A DNA stretch of 64,000 nucleotides from a virus, in the IMG/VR virus record IMGVR_UViG_3300025141_000036, positions 48,402-112,401 of that record; one strand, 5' to 3'. The notes beneath the pieces are model-generated. The model saw nothing but the letters and a program-made list of their open reading frames with translations. It was not told where the DNA came from and made no database searches. Below, in pieces: positions 29,950-39,356 of the stretch (positions are counted from its first letter, which is position 1; every line of letters begins with the position of its first letter). A program made the translations under genes and the position numbers.

Positions 29950-30743
29950 GGCTTCCTCCGCAGAATCTCTATCATGCTATCTATTATTTCTGCAGTGTGC
30001 AAGGGCCCTGAAGAGACATAGGATTTTCCTATACATGCTTGATAGATCTCATAATCATTACCATTAGGTTCGCACCTATCACCCACAAACCAAACATCCC
30101 AATTTTTAAAATGTTGGAGTCCATATGTTTTATCCCAACCAGTAGGATATATATCAAACGATGTGTCTCCACCCAACTTTACAGTTACCAAATGGTCTAT
30201 TTCCTTTATTTTTAGAATTGCACGCAATTCTAGTAATACTCTTTCTCTAAGACCTTCAGTCTTATCTAATAGCATAAATTCTTCTCTGTCTTCATGAGTG
30301 GCATTTCGTCCTATCGGACACCAATTTATTATAGAGCCTCGACAGTTAATAAAGTGACCTGTAAGGGGGACTGCTGAATTTGCCATGTCTACTTGAGAGT
30401 AAATAAGTTCTTGCATAAGGATTTTATAATTCTTTTTTCCCAAGTGACTTTCCATCGAAACTTCATACTTCAATTTAAAATCCTCTTGAGGAAATGACGG
30501 AGGAGTATAATATTTCGTGCCATTGCAAGGTAGCAAATGTGTTCTATAGCGACCAGAAGACTTTCTTAAAAAATCACCCATTTGCTCTCTAAGATAATCT
30601 TCATCGGATCCCGTTATAATTCCCATGTGTGCTCCACAATTTGTTAGGCGATAAAGGGCTTCAACAAGTTCTTTACAATTAAAAACTTTTCGAGATTCTG
30701 TTAAGGTTCCATCCATATCAAATAAAATTATAGTGTTATCCAT
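29946..30743 (-). CDS. Eukaryote-type (HAD-IIB) phosphomannomutase
   Basis: LFDMDGTLT, GSD, CPIGRNAT, GGDTSFDIYPTGWDKTY, GDR..PNGNDYEI. Confidence 0.88.
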   Translation of the reverse strand: MDNTIILFDMDGTLTESRKVFNCKELVEALYRLTNCGAHMGIITGSDEDYLREQMGDFLRKSSGRYRTHLLPCNGTKYYTPPSFPQEDFKLKYEVSMESHLGKKNYKILMQELIYSQVDMANSAVPLTGHFINCRGSIINWCPIGRNATHEDREEFMLLDKTEGLRERVLLELRAILKIKEIDHLVTVKLGGDTSFDIYPTGWDKTYGLQHFKNWDVWFVGDRCEPNGNDYEIYQACIGKSYVSSGPLHTAEIIDSMIEILRRKP

Positions 30744-30945
30744 CTTCTTCTCCTTTTAGGAGAGTCCCTGTTCTTACTACGAACTTAGATTTGTCAGGGC
30801 CGCACCTTCGAACTTTAACAAGGCCCTCTAAGGACTTCCTGTGTTTGTCTGCTTCTTGGAAGGTTTTGTAATAGGCAACATTTTTCCATTTTACTTTTTG
30901 GGGATTTGGCAATCTTTTCTCAGTAATCTCAGTGTTTTCACTCAT
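30736..30945 (-). CDS. Hypothetical protein
   Basis: 69-aa ORF with SD (AGGAG). Confidence 0.6.
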   Translation of the reverse strand: MSENTEITEKRLPNPQKVKWKNVAYYKTFQEADKHRKSLEGLVKVRRCGPDKSKFVVRTGTLLKGEEDG

Positions 30946-30986
30946 ACTTTCTCCTATTTGTAATGTAAGTTAGTTGTTATTCATAT

Positions 30987-31015
30987 AATATAACCCTTTT
31001 AGGGTTTAGTGTCAA
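30987..31015 (-). promoter_or_regulatory. Sigma70-type promoter
   Basis: TTGACA-N17-TATATT. Confidence 0.75.
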
Positions 31016-31175
31016 GTCTTTTTTCGACTTCTTCTTTGACTTCTTTGATAAGGTCGAGAGCCTCGTAAATCTTTTTTTGAAAAATTTCACCAGTAGCTAG
31101 ATAAGCTGATCTTCTTATTTGATGTTCTGTTTTATCCAGCGCTAGCCAAATTTTTGTATCAAGGTCTTTATTCAT
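30999..31175 (-). CDS. Small hypothetical protein (not in ORF track)
   Basis: MNKDLDTKIWLALDK..., 58 aa, SD GGAGG in upstream LEVI. Confidence 0.55.
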   Translation of the reverse strand: MNKDLDTKIWLALDKTEHQIRRSAYLATGEIFQKKIYEALDLIKEVKEEVEKRLDTKP

Positions 31176-31395
31176 TTGTTATCACCTCCAAATAGATTTC
31201 TGGTAAAACTTCTTCTCTACCGTTTGACCAAACTACTGTTATATCACCTCTATTTCTTCCGTCATAAGAAAAATTAGTTTTATCATGTACAATTTTTATA
31301 ACCCCTATCATTCCCATATTTAAACCGCTTCTAATAAACTCAGATAAGATAGCAACGCCCACTTCTCTTTGTTTAACTAAATCACCTACTTCCAT
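31168..31395 (-). CDS. GDLV SH3-like small protein
   Basis: MEVGDLVK...IGVI...VVW...LEVI. Confidence 0.75.
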   Translation of the reverse strand: MEVGDLVKQREVGVAILSEFIRSGLNMGMIGVIKIVHDKTNFSYDGRNRGDITVVWSNGREEVLPEIYLEVITNE

Positions 31396-31600
31396 CTATC
31401 ACCTCCAATTCGTAATCTGAGAACTTCCAAACACCTTCAATCGTTTGAACATAATAAAGACACCCTAACAAATCACTATAATCTATTTCCAAAATTATAC
31501 CTATCAATCCAAGATCTGGTCTGTTATAAAAAGGGGAATAAACCGATTCTTTAATTCTTACAAGATCTCCTACTTCTAGTATAGCCAGTTCTGATGTCAT
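31382..31600 (-). CDS. GDLV SH3-like small protein
   Basis: LEVGDLVRIK...IGII...LEVIDGSR; start uncertain (overlaps a TTGACA-N17-TATACT element ending at 31606). Confidence 0.65.
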   Translation of the reverse strand: MTSELAILEVGDLVRIKESVYSPFYNRPDLGLIGIILEIDYSDLLGCLYYVQTIEGVWKFSDYELEVIDGSR

Positions 31601-31650
31601 TGTCAAATTTTTCTTTTTGTATTTTTTTCTTTATATACATGTAAATAATC

Positions 31651-32004
31651 TTAATCATTTATAAATAACTTCTCTGTTTTATATCTTTTTAATAATTTAT
31701 CAAATTCTCTAATATCAATACCTAACATTCTTGCACCATCTCTTTTAGATTCACAAGCTGATAGTACATACCTTAGTACTGCGTCTTTGCAAATAGAAGG
31801 CATTGCCTTCCATAATGGAAAATTATATAATTTATTCTTTGTCAGTTGAACCGCTAGCTCCAACTTAAGAGCTATAACTTCTTCTAAAGTAAGAGAAGAA
31901 AGGACATTTAAGAACTCATCATTTATCTTCCGATTTCTTCTCATGAAAGAGATAAAAGAATAATTTTTAAATTTATTTATTTTTTTATTTGACACAGACA
32001 CCAA
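31651..32004 (-). CDS. Fis-like HTH DNA-binding protein
   Basis: C-terminal VLRYVL...SKRDGARMLGID...LLKRY. Confidence 0.65.
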   Translation of the reverse strand: MVSVSNKKINKFKNYSFISFMRRNRKINDEFLNVLSSLTLEEVIALKLELAVQLTKNKLYNFPLWKAMPSICKDAVLRYVLSACESKRDGARMLGIDIREFDKLLKRYKTEKLFIND

Positions 32005-32017
32005 AATAGGCTATATT
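31989..32017 (+). promoter_or_regulatory. Plus-strand (antisense) sigma70-type promoter
   Basis: TTGACA-N17-TATATT on + strand. Confidence 0.55.
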
Positions 32018-32031
32018 ATCTATAGTTGTTA

Positions 32032-32928
32032 TTAATCTTGTTTCATAGAGTCATACTGATCAGTTGATGGCTCAGTGACTTCTTTTTGAAGTTCGTCTTC
32101 AAACTTATCAAAATATAATTTTAAATTAGTAATCAGATAGTCTACAAAGATTTTTTTATCTTCTATGTCTGCCAGCATATCATATGCATCAAGGATGTAT
32201 TGTGAGATTTTTTTGAAACATGTGAAAGCCATGTTTCTACCAGTCTCATCCATATCTGATAGTTCATTGCTAAATTCTTCAATTTCATTAGGCTCATCGT
32301 CATCTTCAACAGGAATTTTTTTATCTTCATCTTCAATGTCAACTTCAATTTCAGCTTCTTCAAGATTTTTCAAGGTTGCGTCCAACTCTTCGTCACCTTC
32401 CTCACCCGTAACATCTATATTTGTTTCGGTTTCGGACTCAGATCCATAAACCTCTTCATCAGTATTTGGCCCACCGAAATCAGGTGTAGGTTCTGCCATC
32501 AAAGCCTGCGTGCCTTGTAAATAACTGTCATTTACTAATGAAGGAGCAAGAGCTTTCTTCACAGCAGAGATCATATGAGCCCTAAATGACTCTCTTTGAA
32601 CTTTAGAGGTAGTCATACGCTTATAATCAGTTCGGAGGGTAGTAATCATCTTTTTTAAGACATCCTCAAGGACGTTAATCCCAGTGGAACGATGAGGGTG
32701 CATATCTGAGATATCACCTTCTTTGAGGAGACCTCTAATAACTTTCCGCAACCTTTGTTCCTGCAGGAATTGTTGCTTTTCTTGTTCATACAGCATTGAC
32801 TTTATTTTTTTTCTTATATATTTTCGAACAATAGCTTCGCCAATTATTTCTTCACGCATAGGGGTTTCTTCCTTTTCATTTAATAGCTCAAACAACTGTT
32901 TAAGATTGTTTACCTCAATAATGGCCAT
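32032..32928 (-). CDS. Acidic hypothetical protein (putative virion protein)
   Basis: LRKVIRGLLKE motif, D/E-rich linker. Confidence 0.65.
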   Translation of the reverse strand: MAIIEVNNLKQLFELLNEKEETPMREEIIGEAIVRKYIRKKIKSMLYEQEKQQFLQEQRLRKVIRGLLKEGDISDMHPHRSTGINVLEDVLKKMITTLRTDYKRMTTSKVQRESFRAHMISAVKKALAPSLVNDSYLQGTQALMAEPTPDFGGPNTDEEVYGSESETETNIDVTGEEGDEELDATLKNLEEAEIEVDIEDEDKKIPVEDDDEPNEIEEFSNELSDMDETGRNMAFTCFKKISQYILDAYDMLADIEDKKIFVDYLITNLKLYFDKFEDELQKEVTEPSTDQYDSMKQD

Positions 32929-33911
32929 TACTTAAGCCTTAAGCGAAGTTTTTTATTACTCTTTAAAACTTTACGGATGCTCTCTTTCAAACTACCGGTT
33001 TCCAAAAGAGCATCTTCAGGAGAAGCTCCATCATCTGCTTTCTCAGAGGTAGCAGCATCTTCGCTAGCTTCGTCTTCTGTAACAAGCCCTGATGGATCTC
33101 TGTCTTCGTGGCCAACCAACTTATCTTTTCGATTGCGATGCTCATCTTTTCGATCATCTTCATAGTCATCGTGATCATACTCAGCCTCGTCGCGGTCGTG
33201 GTCACGATCACCCTTGAGAGCCCTTAAGTGTCTTTCTATTTCTTTGATATGATCATCATCAGCATGTTCATTTTTCCAATTATTCCAAGCTTCGTCTTCG
33301 CCGCTGTCTTCTTGAAGCGCTTCGCCTTTATCCAGAGCAGAAGTTTCTTCTTTTTCTTCTTTCTCTGTTCCAGTAAAAGCAGCGGGGGATTTTCCCCAAT
33401 CATCTGTTTTATCTTCTTTAAGAATCCCAAATCTCTTCATAAGAAGTTGATTGAGTTCGTTATTTTTCCATTCATTTAATGACATTTCTTGTTTCTCCTT
33501 AAGTTTAAGATTGTCTTCGTATTCTCTAAAGTATCCGTTGCCTAATTTCATGGCTTCGTCTTCTAAATCTTTAAGATCTTTGTTTTTTAAATAGTATCCA
33601 GGCCCAGAGTATCCTCCAACATCTAGTCTACCTTCTTCGTTTTGCCAATGGTGGATTAATTCATGGGCAATAGATCGAAGCATGTCCTTTGGGTGTCTCC
33701 CATCGGTATAAACATGGATTTGGATACTATTAGGGTCATAATATGCCGTCTTTCCCAGGATATTATCTTCGTTTGAAGGTTCTGAGTCAAAAACCATTAT
33801 CGGCGGCTTATTAAAGCCGATTTTATTGTGCATATGAGAGTATAAACCTTGCACATGATCTTCTAAATCACTTAAATCTATGTTAGCTGGGTTTTTTATC
33901 ATGCAAGGCAT
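32928..33911 (-). CDS. HExxH metallopeptidase-like domain + acidic tail
   Basis: RSIAHELIHHWQ...EDEA. Confidence 0.6.
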   Translation of the reverse strand: MPCMIKNPANIDLSDLEDHVQGLYSHMHNKIGFNKPPIMVFDSEPSNEDNILGKTAYYDPNSIQIHVYTDGRHPKDMLRSIAHELIHHWQNEEGRLDVGGYSGPGYYLKNKDLKDLEDEAMKLGNGYFREYEDNLKLKEKQEMSLNEWKNNELNQLLMKRFGILKEDKTDDWGKSPAAFTGTEKEEKEETSALDKGEALQEDSGEDEAWNNWKNEHADDDHIKEIERHLRALKGDRDHDRDEAEYDHDDYEDDRKDEHRNRKDKLVGHEDRDPSGLVTEDEASEDAATSEKADDGASPEDALLETGSLKESIRKVLKSNKKLRLRLK

Positions 33912-33918
33912 AGTCTAA

Positions 33919-34179
33919 TTAGTCCTCTAAATCCGATTTTTTCACTAAAATAAGGCTTATTTTAACAGGGTTTGAGTGCCCAAAAGGCAATATCTCGGCT
34001 ATTTTGATGTCTCTTTTGTCCAATTTACCGGTGTATATGGACAGTAAGACACCGTATTTGTAGTTTCGAGTCACATTTTCGTCTGTATGTTCCCATCCTG
34101 GCCACCTAACTATCTCTCCAACCTCGAATTTTAGCGTTTGAGAGTCCCCCAAGACCTTATTCTTGAGTTTTTCGAGCAT
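33919..34179 (-). CDS. SH3-like small protein
   Basis: FEVGEIVRW...YGVLL; likely start ATG 34179. Confidence 0.55.
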   Translation of the reverse strand: MLEKLKNKVLGDSQTLKFEVGEIVRWPGWEHTDENVTRNYKYGVLLSIYTGKLDKRDIKIAEILPFGHSNPVKISLILVKKSDLED

Positions 34180-34192
34180 TTCTTTGCTCAAT

Positions 34193-34516
34193 TTAAGGAT
34201 TCGCGCCTGAATCGCGTCCATAATAGATGAATTCCAAGCAGTTTCCATAAGGATCCAGCAAATAGCAGCCGATAGAGCCGTCTCTATGGTGTATAATGTG
34301 ACCATTTTCTGGAAAATCCTCCATTTTATCTACAAAAACACCAATATGGGAGTGTTCATAGTGTTTTTCATCGATAAGAGATAGAAAAGTATTATCTAAT
34401 TGTAATCTTTTGTAAGAGTTCGTCTCATAAACCACTTTTGAGCCGAGTTTTTTACAATACCAGGCGCTTGCTGCATTAATATCGGATACTTTGATGGCAA
34501 TATGGTCTATTTTCAC
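34193..34516 (-). CDS. VOC/glyoxalase-family protein
   Basis: IDHIAIKVSD...WY...HIG...DPYGNCLE. Confidence 0.85.
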   Translation of the reverse strand: MKIDHIAIKVSDINAASAWYCKKLGSKVVYETNSYKRLQLDNTFLSLIDEKHYEHSHIGVFVDKMEDFPENGHIIHHRDGSIGCYLLDPYGNCLEFIYYGRDSGANP

Positions 34517-34878
34517 GAACCACTCAGTTTTTCGAGCATTTGAATGACCATTTCATCGCTCATATTGACATCTGCGGAGTCAATAGGGTCATTTTCAGGC
34601 CCAACATAGTCATATGCCCCCTCTTCCATTCCGTATTCAACGTAATGTTTAACAGTTTTAAGATAATCCGCGGCCTTTGTCAGTTTTGCTTGCACCCACG
34701 ACTCTAGTTGAGTAGTATCGGCAAGCATTTCACTTAATTCTCGCGCATATGTTTCCATATCTTGGAGTTGGCGTTTAGCCATGGCCCCCTCTTCATCAAT
34801 TTCAGGCTGCATTGGCCCTTGGGCCATAGCACATTCTTCTAAAATGATTTGTGTAAGTCGTTTTTTGCTAATTTTCAT
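34513..34878 (-). CDS. Putative virion protein with MKISKKRLTQIILEE leader
   Basis: EGAMAKRQL...LESWVQAKLTKAADYL. Confidence 0.7.
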   Translation of the reverse strand: MKISKKRLTQIILEECAMAQGPMQPEIDEEGAMAKRQLQDMETYARELSEMLADTTQLESWVQAKLTKAADYLKTVKHYVEYGMEEGAYDYVGPENDPIDSADVNMSDEMVIQMLEKLSGS

Positions 34879-35023
34879 GTTTTTTATTCCTTCAAGAACG
34901 CAATGTAGAACAAAAGTAGCATAATCATAAACAATTCTTCAAAAACTGCTACTCCTAACATGGTAAATAGAAAAATAATGGTTATTTTGATCAAATGAAA
35001 AATTTTTTCTTCTTGGTGTTGCA

Positions 35024-35380
35024 TTAATTAAACCCCATAAATTCAATTTGGTCTTTAAAGACCTTTAAAATTACTCCGATTTGCCATGTATGATGAGAAT
35101 AAACATAGCACCTCTCTTTATCATCATCAGCCCAGGGCATTAGATAGTATTCTTTATCACGAGGGACAGCAATGTGGATCTTATCATTGACAGAATAACA
35201 AAAAATAATTCCATTTCCCTTAAATCTTACAGGTGGTAATAAGGTTCCGTCATCTTGGTGTAGGAGTTTTGCAAGCTTTAGGGCTAATTTTTCGGGATTT
35301 TTATATAAATATTCCCGTAATTTTGCTTGACTTTTAATTCCGCTATTCTCCGCCGCCACCATCGCCGCCTCCATCTCCAA
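35024..35380 (-). CDS. Hypothetical protein
   Basis: 118-aa ORF, start uncertain. Confidence 0.5.
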   Translation of the reverse strand: MEMEAAMVAAENSGIKSQAKLREYLYKNPEKLALKLAKLLHQDDGTLLPPVRFKGNGIIFCYSVNDKIHIAVPRDKEYYLMPWADDDKERCYVYSHHTWQIGVILKVFKDQIEFMGFN

Positions 35381-36608
35381 AATCTACAGGACTGTGCCCA
35401 CCAGAGCCTCCATAAGGCCAAGTAGACCACCCGGTCGACCCTTTATTGCTTGTTTTTCTCTTATTTTTGCGTTTTTTCTTTCTTTTCTTCTTTCTTTTTT
35501 CATCTAAGTCGTAAAGAAATTTTATTTTTATTTTTGGACGGGTCTTTTCCTCCTTTTCTTCCCCAATCGGCCCCCATCCACCACCGGGAGCACCCGGAGG
35601 CGCTGATTTTCCTAAAGGTTTCTTAACATTCTTATAAGGCGAACCACCTGTGCGTCCTTGTCCCGTTAATTCTTTAAAATCTTTAGGATAATCCTTCAAT
35701 CTTTGGGAAACTTTTTGATAATCTCGAGATTCAAAGACTAAATGTTTCTCTTGAATCATCAAGTTGACCGCATTTGTTAAATTTTCCGTCGCCCCTTCAG
35801 CAGATTGTAATTTATGCTCAACTTCTCGAATGTCACCACAGAAATAATCAGACAATTCCCACTGTAGCTGAACGGCGCCAACTAATTCTTCGCAAGAATA
35901 TGGAACATAAGAGAGATAGTAATGCACTAATTTTTTTTTATTTTGCCAGAACGTCTCCAAGCTGTCTAAATATTGGAGATTTGTGATTTTTAGTTGCATT
36001 TCTTCATTAACTTCCCTCCACAAAGCAAACTCGGGCAACTCCCCTACCATCAGGTGACCTCCGGCCGCATCCCATTCATGAGAGTCTGATCGCTGAACTA
36101 TAACAAACTTGTTGTCATTGGTAATTATAATTCCTTTTGCAACCTCTTCTGTGTCGGATAGAAGGGAATCTGCATTAATAACTTTGATATTAAAATCCGA
36201 ATGGAGATGTTGGAAGGCTTCGATAGCTTCGAGTTCTTCGGGGTTGTCTTCATAGTGCAAAGAGGAGCCTAATTCGTAAAGTTTTTGTGCTTTTTTATCT
36301 CCGTTTGTGTAAAAGATGCCATCTACTTTAACGCCCAGCCCATCGAGCATAGACTTTACTGATGATTGTGGATTTTCAAGAGCTGCATTGCGTGAGGTGA
36401 CTACTAAGACAGTCACGCCTTCTTGCTCTTTAAATTTTTTAATCCTGGAAATAATAGCAGGATTTATTCCTCCAAATTGATATTGGACCTCTAGACCATC
36501 ATTTTTATTTTCGAATGACTTTACAATCGTGTTGTCAAAATCAAATGTAACCACCGTTCCATTTTTGTTTTCGTTTAATTTCTTCATTTTATCTAAAAGA
36601 TCTTTCAT
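35343..36608 (-). CDS. HAD-like + NUDIX hydrolase fusion with basic/Gly-rich tail
   Basis: TFDFDNTIV, VTSR, HYEDN; GGH...E...ALWREVNEE. Confidence 0.75.
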   Translation of the reverse strand: MKDLLDKMKKLNENKNGTVVTFDFDNTIVKSFENKNDGLEVQYQFGGINPAIISRIKKFKEQEGVTVLVVTSRNAALENPQSSVKSMLDGLGVKVDGIFYTNGDKKAQKLYELGSSLHYEDNPEELEAIEAFQHLHSDFNIKVINADSLLSDTEEVAKGIIITNDNKFVIVQRSDSHEWDAAGGHLMVGELPEFALWREVNEEMQLKITNLQYLDSLETFWQNKKKLVHYYLSYVPYSCEELVGAVQLQWELSDYFCGDIREVEHKLQSAEGATENLTNAVNLMIQEKHLVFESRDYQKVSQRLKDYPKDFKELTGQGRTGGSPYKNVKKPLGKSAPPGAPGGGWGPIGEEKEEKTRPKIKIKFLYDLDEKRKKKRKKKRKNKRKTSNKGSTGWSTWPYGGSGGHSPVDFGDGGGDGGGGE

Positions 36609-36628
36609 AATTTTATTCCTATTATAAC

Positions 36629-36657
36629 AATATAACATATTTTAGGCATTTTGTCAA
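36629..36657 (-). promoter_or_regulatory. Sigma70-type promoter
   Basis: TTGACA-N17-TATATT. Confidence 0.75.
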
Positions 36658-37172
36658 CGCTTAAAACGCACTTTTATCCTCTTTCTGTGGGGCTTTTCGT
36701 TTAATGTCTTAAGATACTCTTCTCTTTCTTTGTAGCCATCAAATTCATCCACCTGAGGGCCCAATCCGTAAGTAAGAAGCCCACCAGTTGAATACATTTC
36801 TTCCAACTCTTCTTCTTTTTCGGTTAATTTTCTTCCAATTTTTTCAAAAGCGTCACCAGGAACGTCAAAAGCAGAACTGGGGGCAACCATGGGAGGCAAA
36901 TCAGGAGGTAAATCCTTTGTCATCTCTGGCGCTAGTCCATCTGAAACCAACTTATCTGGATCATCTCTGGTGGTCCCCACTGAACCAACAAGACCTCCTC
37001 CCCCCGCAGCTGATATTTCCTCTATTTGCTCTTCCTTCTTCGGACCAGAGCACATTTCTTCAGCTTCGGCCTGTTCTAGACCCTTCGGTCGGTCTGCGTC
37101 TGGTTTTTTCATCGCACACATATATTTTCTTTGTTTATCAGAGTAAACTTCTCTTATTATTTTTACTTTCAT
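36654..37172 (-). CDS. Hypothetical (putative virion) protein
   Basis: MKVKIIREVYSDKQRKYMC; SD GAGG. Confidence 0.6.
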   Translation of the reverse strand: MKVKIIREVYSDKQRKYMCAMKKPDADRPKGLEQAEAEEMCSGPKKEEQIEEISAAGGGGLVGSVGTTRDDPDKLVSDGLAPEMTKDLPPDLPPMVAPSSAFDVPGDAFEKIGRKLTEKEEELEEMYSTGGLLTYGLGPQVDEFDGYKEREEYLKTLNEKPHRKRIKVRFKR

Positions 37173-37209
37173 GAAGACGTACCTCACAATAAATAGTAGA
37201 GGAACTAGG

Positions 37210-37725
37210 TTAATCTGGGATCCAAAATTTTTCTCCACCAAACTCAAGAAGTGGGTGCATTATATGTCCTGATTTTTCTACATGACTCATTCCAAACGCA
37301 TGACCTAATTCATGTTCCAAAAGACGGGGCTTAAATTTGTGTTCGTTAGGTAAAACAATCTCAGCAGACATCATTTTGTTTAAAATTGTTAATCTTGAGG
37401 TTATAGCGTAAGTGTTTGGCAACAGTTCCCCCTCGGCCCTTATAAAAATTATCCCCTCGGACCACCGACCTTTACTGCAGATTTGATTATCTCTGTCCCA
37501 ATGCACGTAGTCCACAACGTATCCTCTTAATCCCCACCATTCTACGGCTTTATGAACTCGATAGTTGGTTACCTGACTATCGGGGCATACAACAATAATA
37601 GGATTATCATCCCATGCGGCAATAATGAATTTACTTTCCTCCCAAGTAACTTTCAAGTAGCTCCCTCCGATAAACCCAATAAGCCCAGAAAACAAAAGCC
37701 ACCAATGATAATAATTTTTTAACAT
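37210..37725 (-). CDS. Matrixin-family (M10-like) metalloprotease, membrane anchored
   Basis: HELGHAFGMSH + Met-turn HIMHP; N-terminal TM. Confidence 0.8.
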   Translation of the reverse strand: MLKNYYHWWLLFSGLIGFIGGSYLKVTWEESKFIIAAWDDNPIIVVCPDSQVTNYRVHKAVEWWGLRGYVVDYVHWDRDNQICSKGRWSEGIIFIRAEGELLPNTYAITSRLTILNKMMSAEIVLPNEHKFKPRLLEHELGHAFGMSHVEKSGHIMHPLLEFGGEKFWIPD

Positions 37726-39302
37726 CCCCAGATACCATATTCGATAGTAATGGTCTGGCTAGGTTGTGGAATAGAATTCTCATCGAATACAACAGAATTA
37801 GAAACGGGGTCGTAAGACCATCCGGTAGTTATTTGACCATTAACGCTTACAATTATAGAGGATTCAATAGGATCCGGCTCATCCAAAGCAAAAGTGCTTC
37901 GAACAGTAACTGTGTTTGCAAGGTCTTGCATTTGATTTCCCCAATCAGTGGCACAAATGGAATACCAATCCCCACCATAACGCTGGGTCATCTCATAATA
38001 GCCTGAACCAAACCCAACACTTCTATGATAGAACCCGTTATTCCAAGTACAGCCTGATGGGTAGTCGCCAATTACTCCAAAGTGCCGCATCATATCAACG
38101 TTAGGCTTAAGAGTATCAAAGAAACTAGTGTAAGCAGTCCAAGTTCCTATACTAAAGTCTGGCTCGTCTGAGACATAAATAATAACTAACGTAGCATCGT
38201 TCCGCCAAAAAGAAGTTCCCGGTGCGGCACCAGTATCATAGTCAGTATTCTGAAGCGCTCTGTGTGCCATTTCAATACCTTTTTCATAAGCAGACCCGCC
38301 GATGCTGATTAAACTGATAGTTCCTTGAGCCCAATCAACAGCGTTAGTGTTAGTGTTATCAATCCAACATACTACACCTGAACATTGGAAAAATCCTCGA
38401 TCTGTTGTGATAAATCCTAGATGAAAGTCTGCCCCGGTAGCCAAAAACACATTCATAAAGGATGTCATTTGATTAGAGAGTTCCTGTTGGAACATAGACA
38501 TGGAACCGGAGTTATCGATAACAAAAATAATATCTAAAATAGGGATTTCTTCTTGAACATGGGTTTGTGTAATGAACTGCTCGAAGACACCTTCTCCATA
38601 TTGTACAATTTCGACTTCTGGGGTTAAAGGATCATCCCCTCTTACGGTAATAACGCTGTCGTCAATCCCCGTGTCATCGGGGATGTAGGAGACAAGGAAA
38701 TCTACCTCTTGATTTGGTTCCAAGTTCCATGGTGGAGGAGGCAAAGAGCCAAATTCCATAAGAATGTCCACGGGCTGAGTTACCATCTGTGACACACTAT
38801 CAACTGTAAGAGGAAGATTGCCATCATTTCTGATTGTTATTCTCTCTTCATTATCACAGCCCATTGAAATAGTTCCATAATCGAACGTGAGAGGCTCCAC
38901 AGTCATTACAGGGGCATCACCACTCCCGAGGATTAGAACTTCAATCTGAGGGCTCTCATCGTCGTTAGAAACGACTTCTATAAGACCACCATTATTCTCA
39001 TATGTTTGAGGCTCATAATAGACGTCTATTTGAATTCCTTCTCCGGGTTGCAGTTCCCAATCTTCTGTCACATCATGATCAATGCTAAACCTGTCATTTC
39101 CCGCAATAAGTAAAAGGGGATCGAGTATTAATACCTCATCCCCTGCATTTACAATTGTTAATTCTTCTACGCCGGTCTCTTCGCCCGATCTTATGTTGCC
39201 AAAGTCAATAATCTCCGGCAAAACCACAATCTCAGGTTGTGGATCCTGCATTTTTGTCAATGTTATGTCTTGACAGCCTAATAAAACTCCTAATAAAAAC
39301 AT
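37719..39302 (-). CDS. Lipoprotein with tandem Ig-like (choice-of-anchor-D type) domains and vWA domain
   Basis: Lipobox LLGC; IDFG..., FDYG... Ig-like repeats; MIDAS VIDNSGSM, VSDE. Confidence 0.8.
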   Translation of the reverse strand: MFLLGVLLGCQDITLTKMQDPQPEIVVLPEIIDFGNIRSGEETGVEELTIVNAGDEVLILDPLLLIAGNDRFSIDHDVTEDWELQPGEGIQIDVYYEPQTYENNGGLIEVVSNDDESPQIEVLILGSGDAPVMTVEPLTFDYGTISMGCDNEERITIRNDGNLPLTVDSVSQMVTQPVDILMEFGSLPPPPWNLEPNQEVDFLVSYIPDDTGIDDSVITVRGDDPLTPEVEIVQYGEGVFEQFITQTHVQEEIPILDIIFVIDNSGSMSMFQQELSNQMTSFMNVFLATGADFHLGFITTDRGFFQCSGVVCWIDNTNTNAVDWAQGTISLISIGGSAYEKGIEMAHRALQNTDYDTGAAPGTSFWRNDATLVIIYVSDEPDFSIGTWTAYTSFFDTLKPNVDMMRHFGVIGDYPSGCTWNNGFYHRSVGFGSGYYEMTQRYGGDWYSICATDWGNQMQDLANTVTVRSTFALDEPDPIESSIIVSVNGQITTGWSYDPVSNSVVFDENSIPQPSQTITIEYGIWGC

Positions 39303-39356
39303 TCATAAGTCCCCCGTCTATAAGTAACTAGGGGGCCATAGACAGATTTGGAATTT

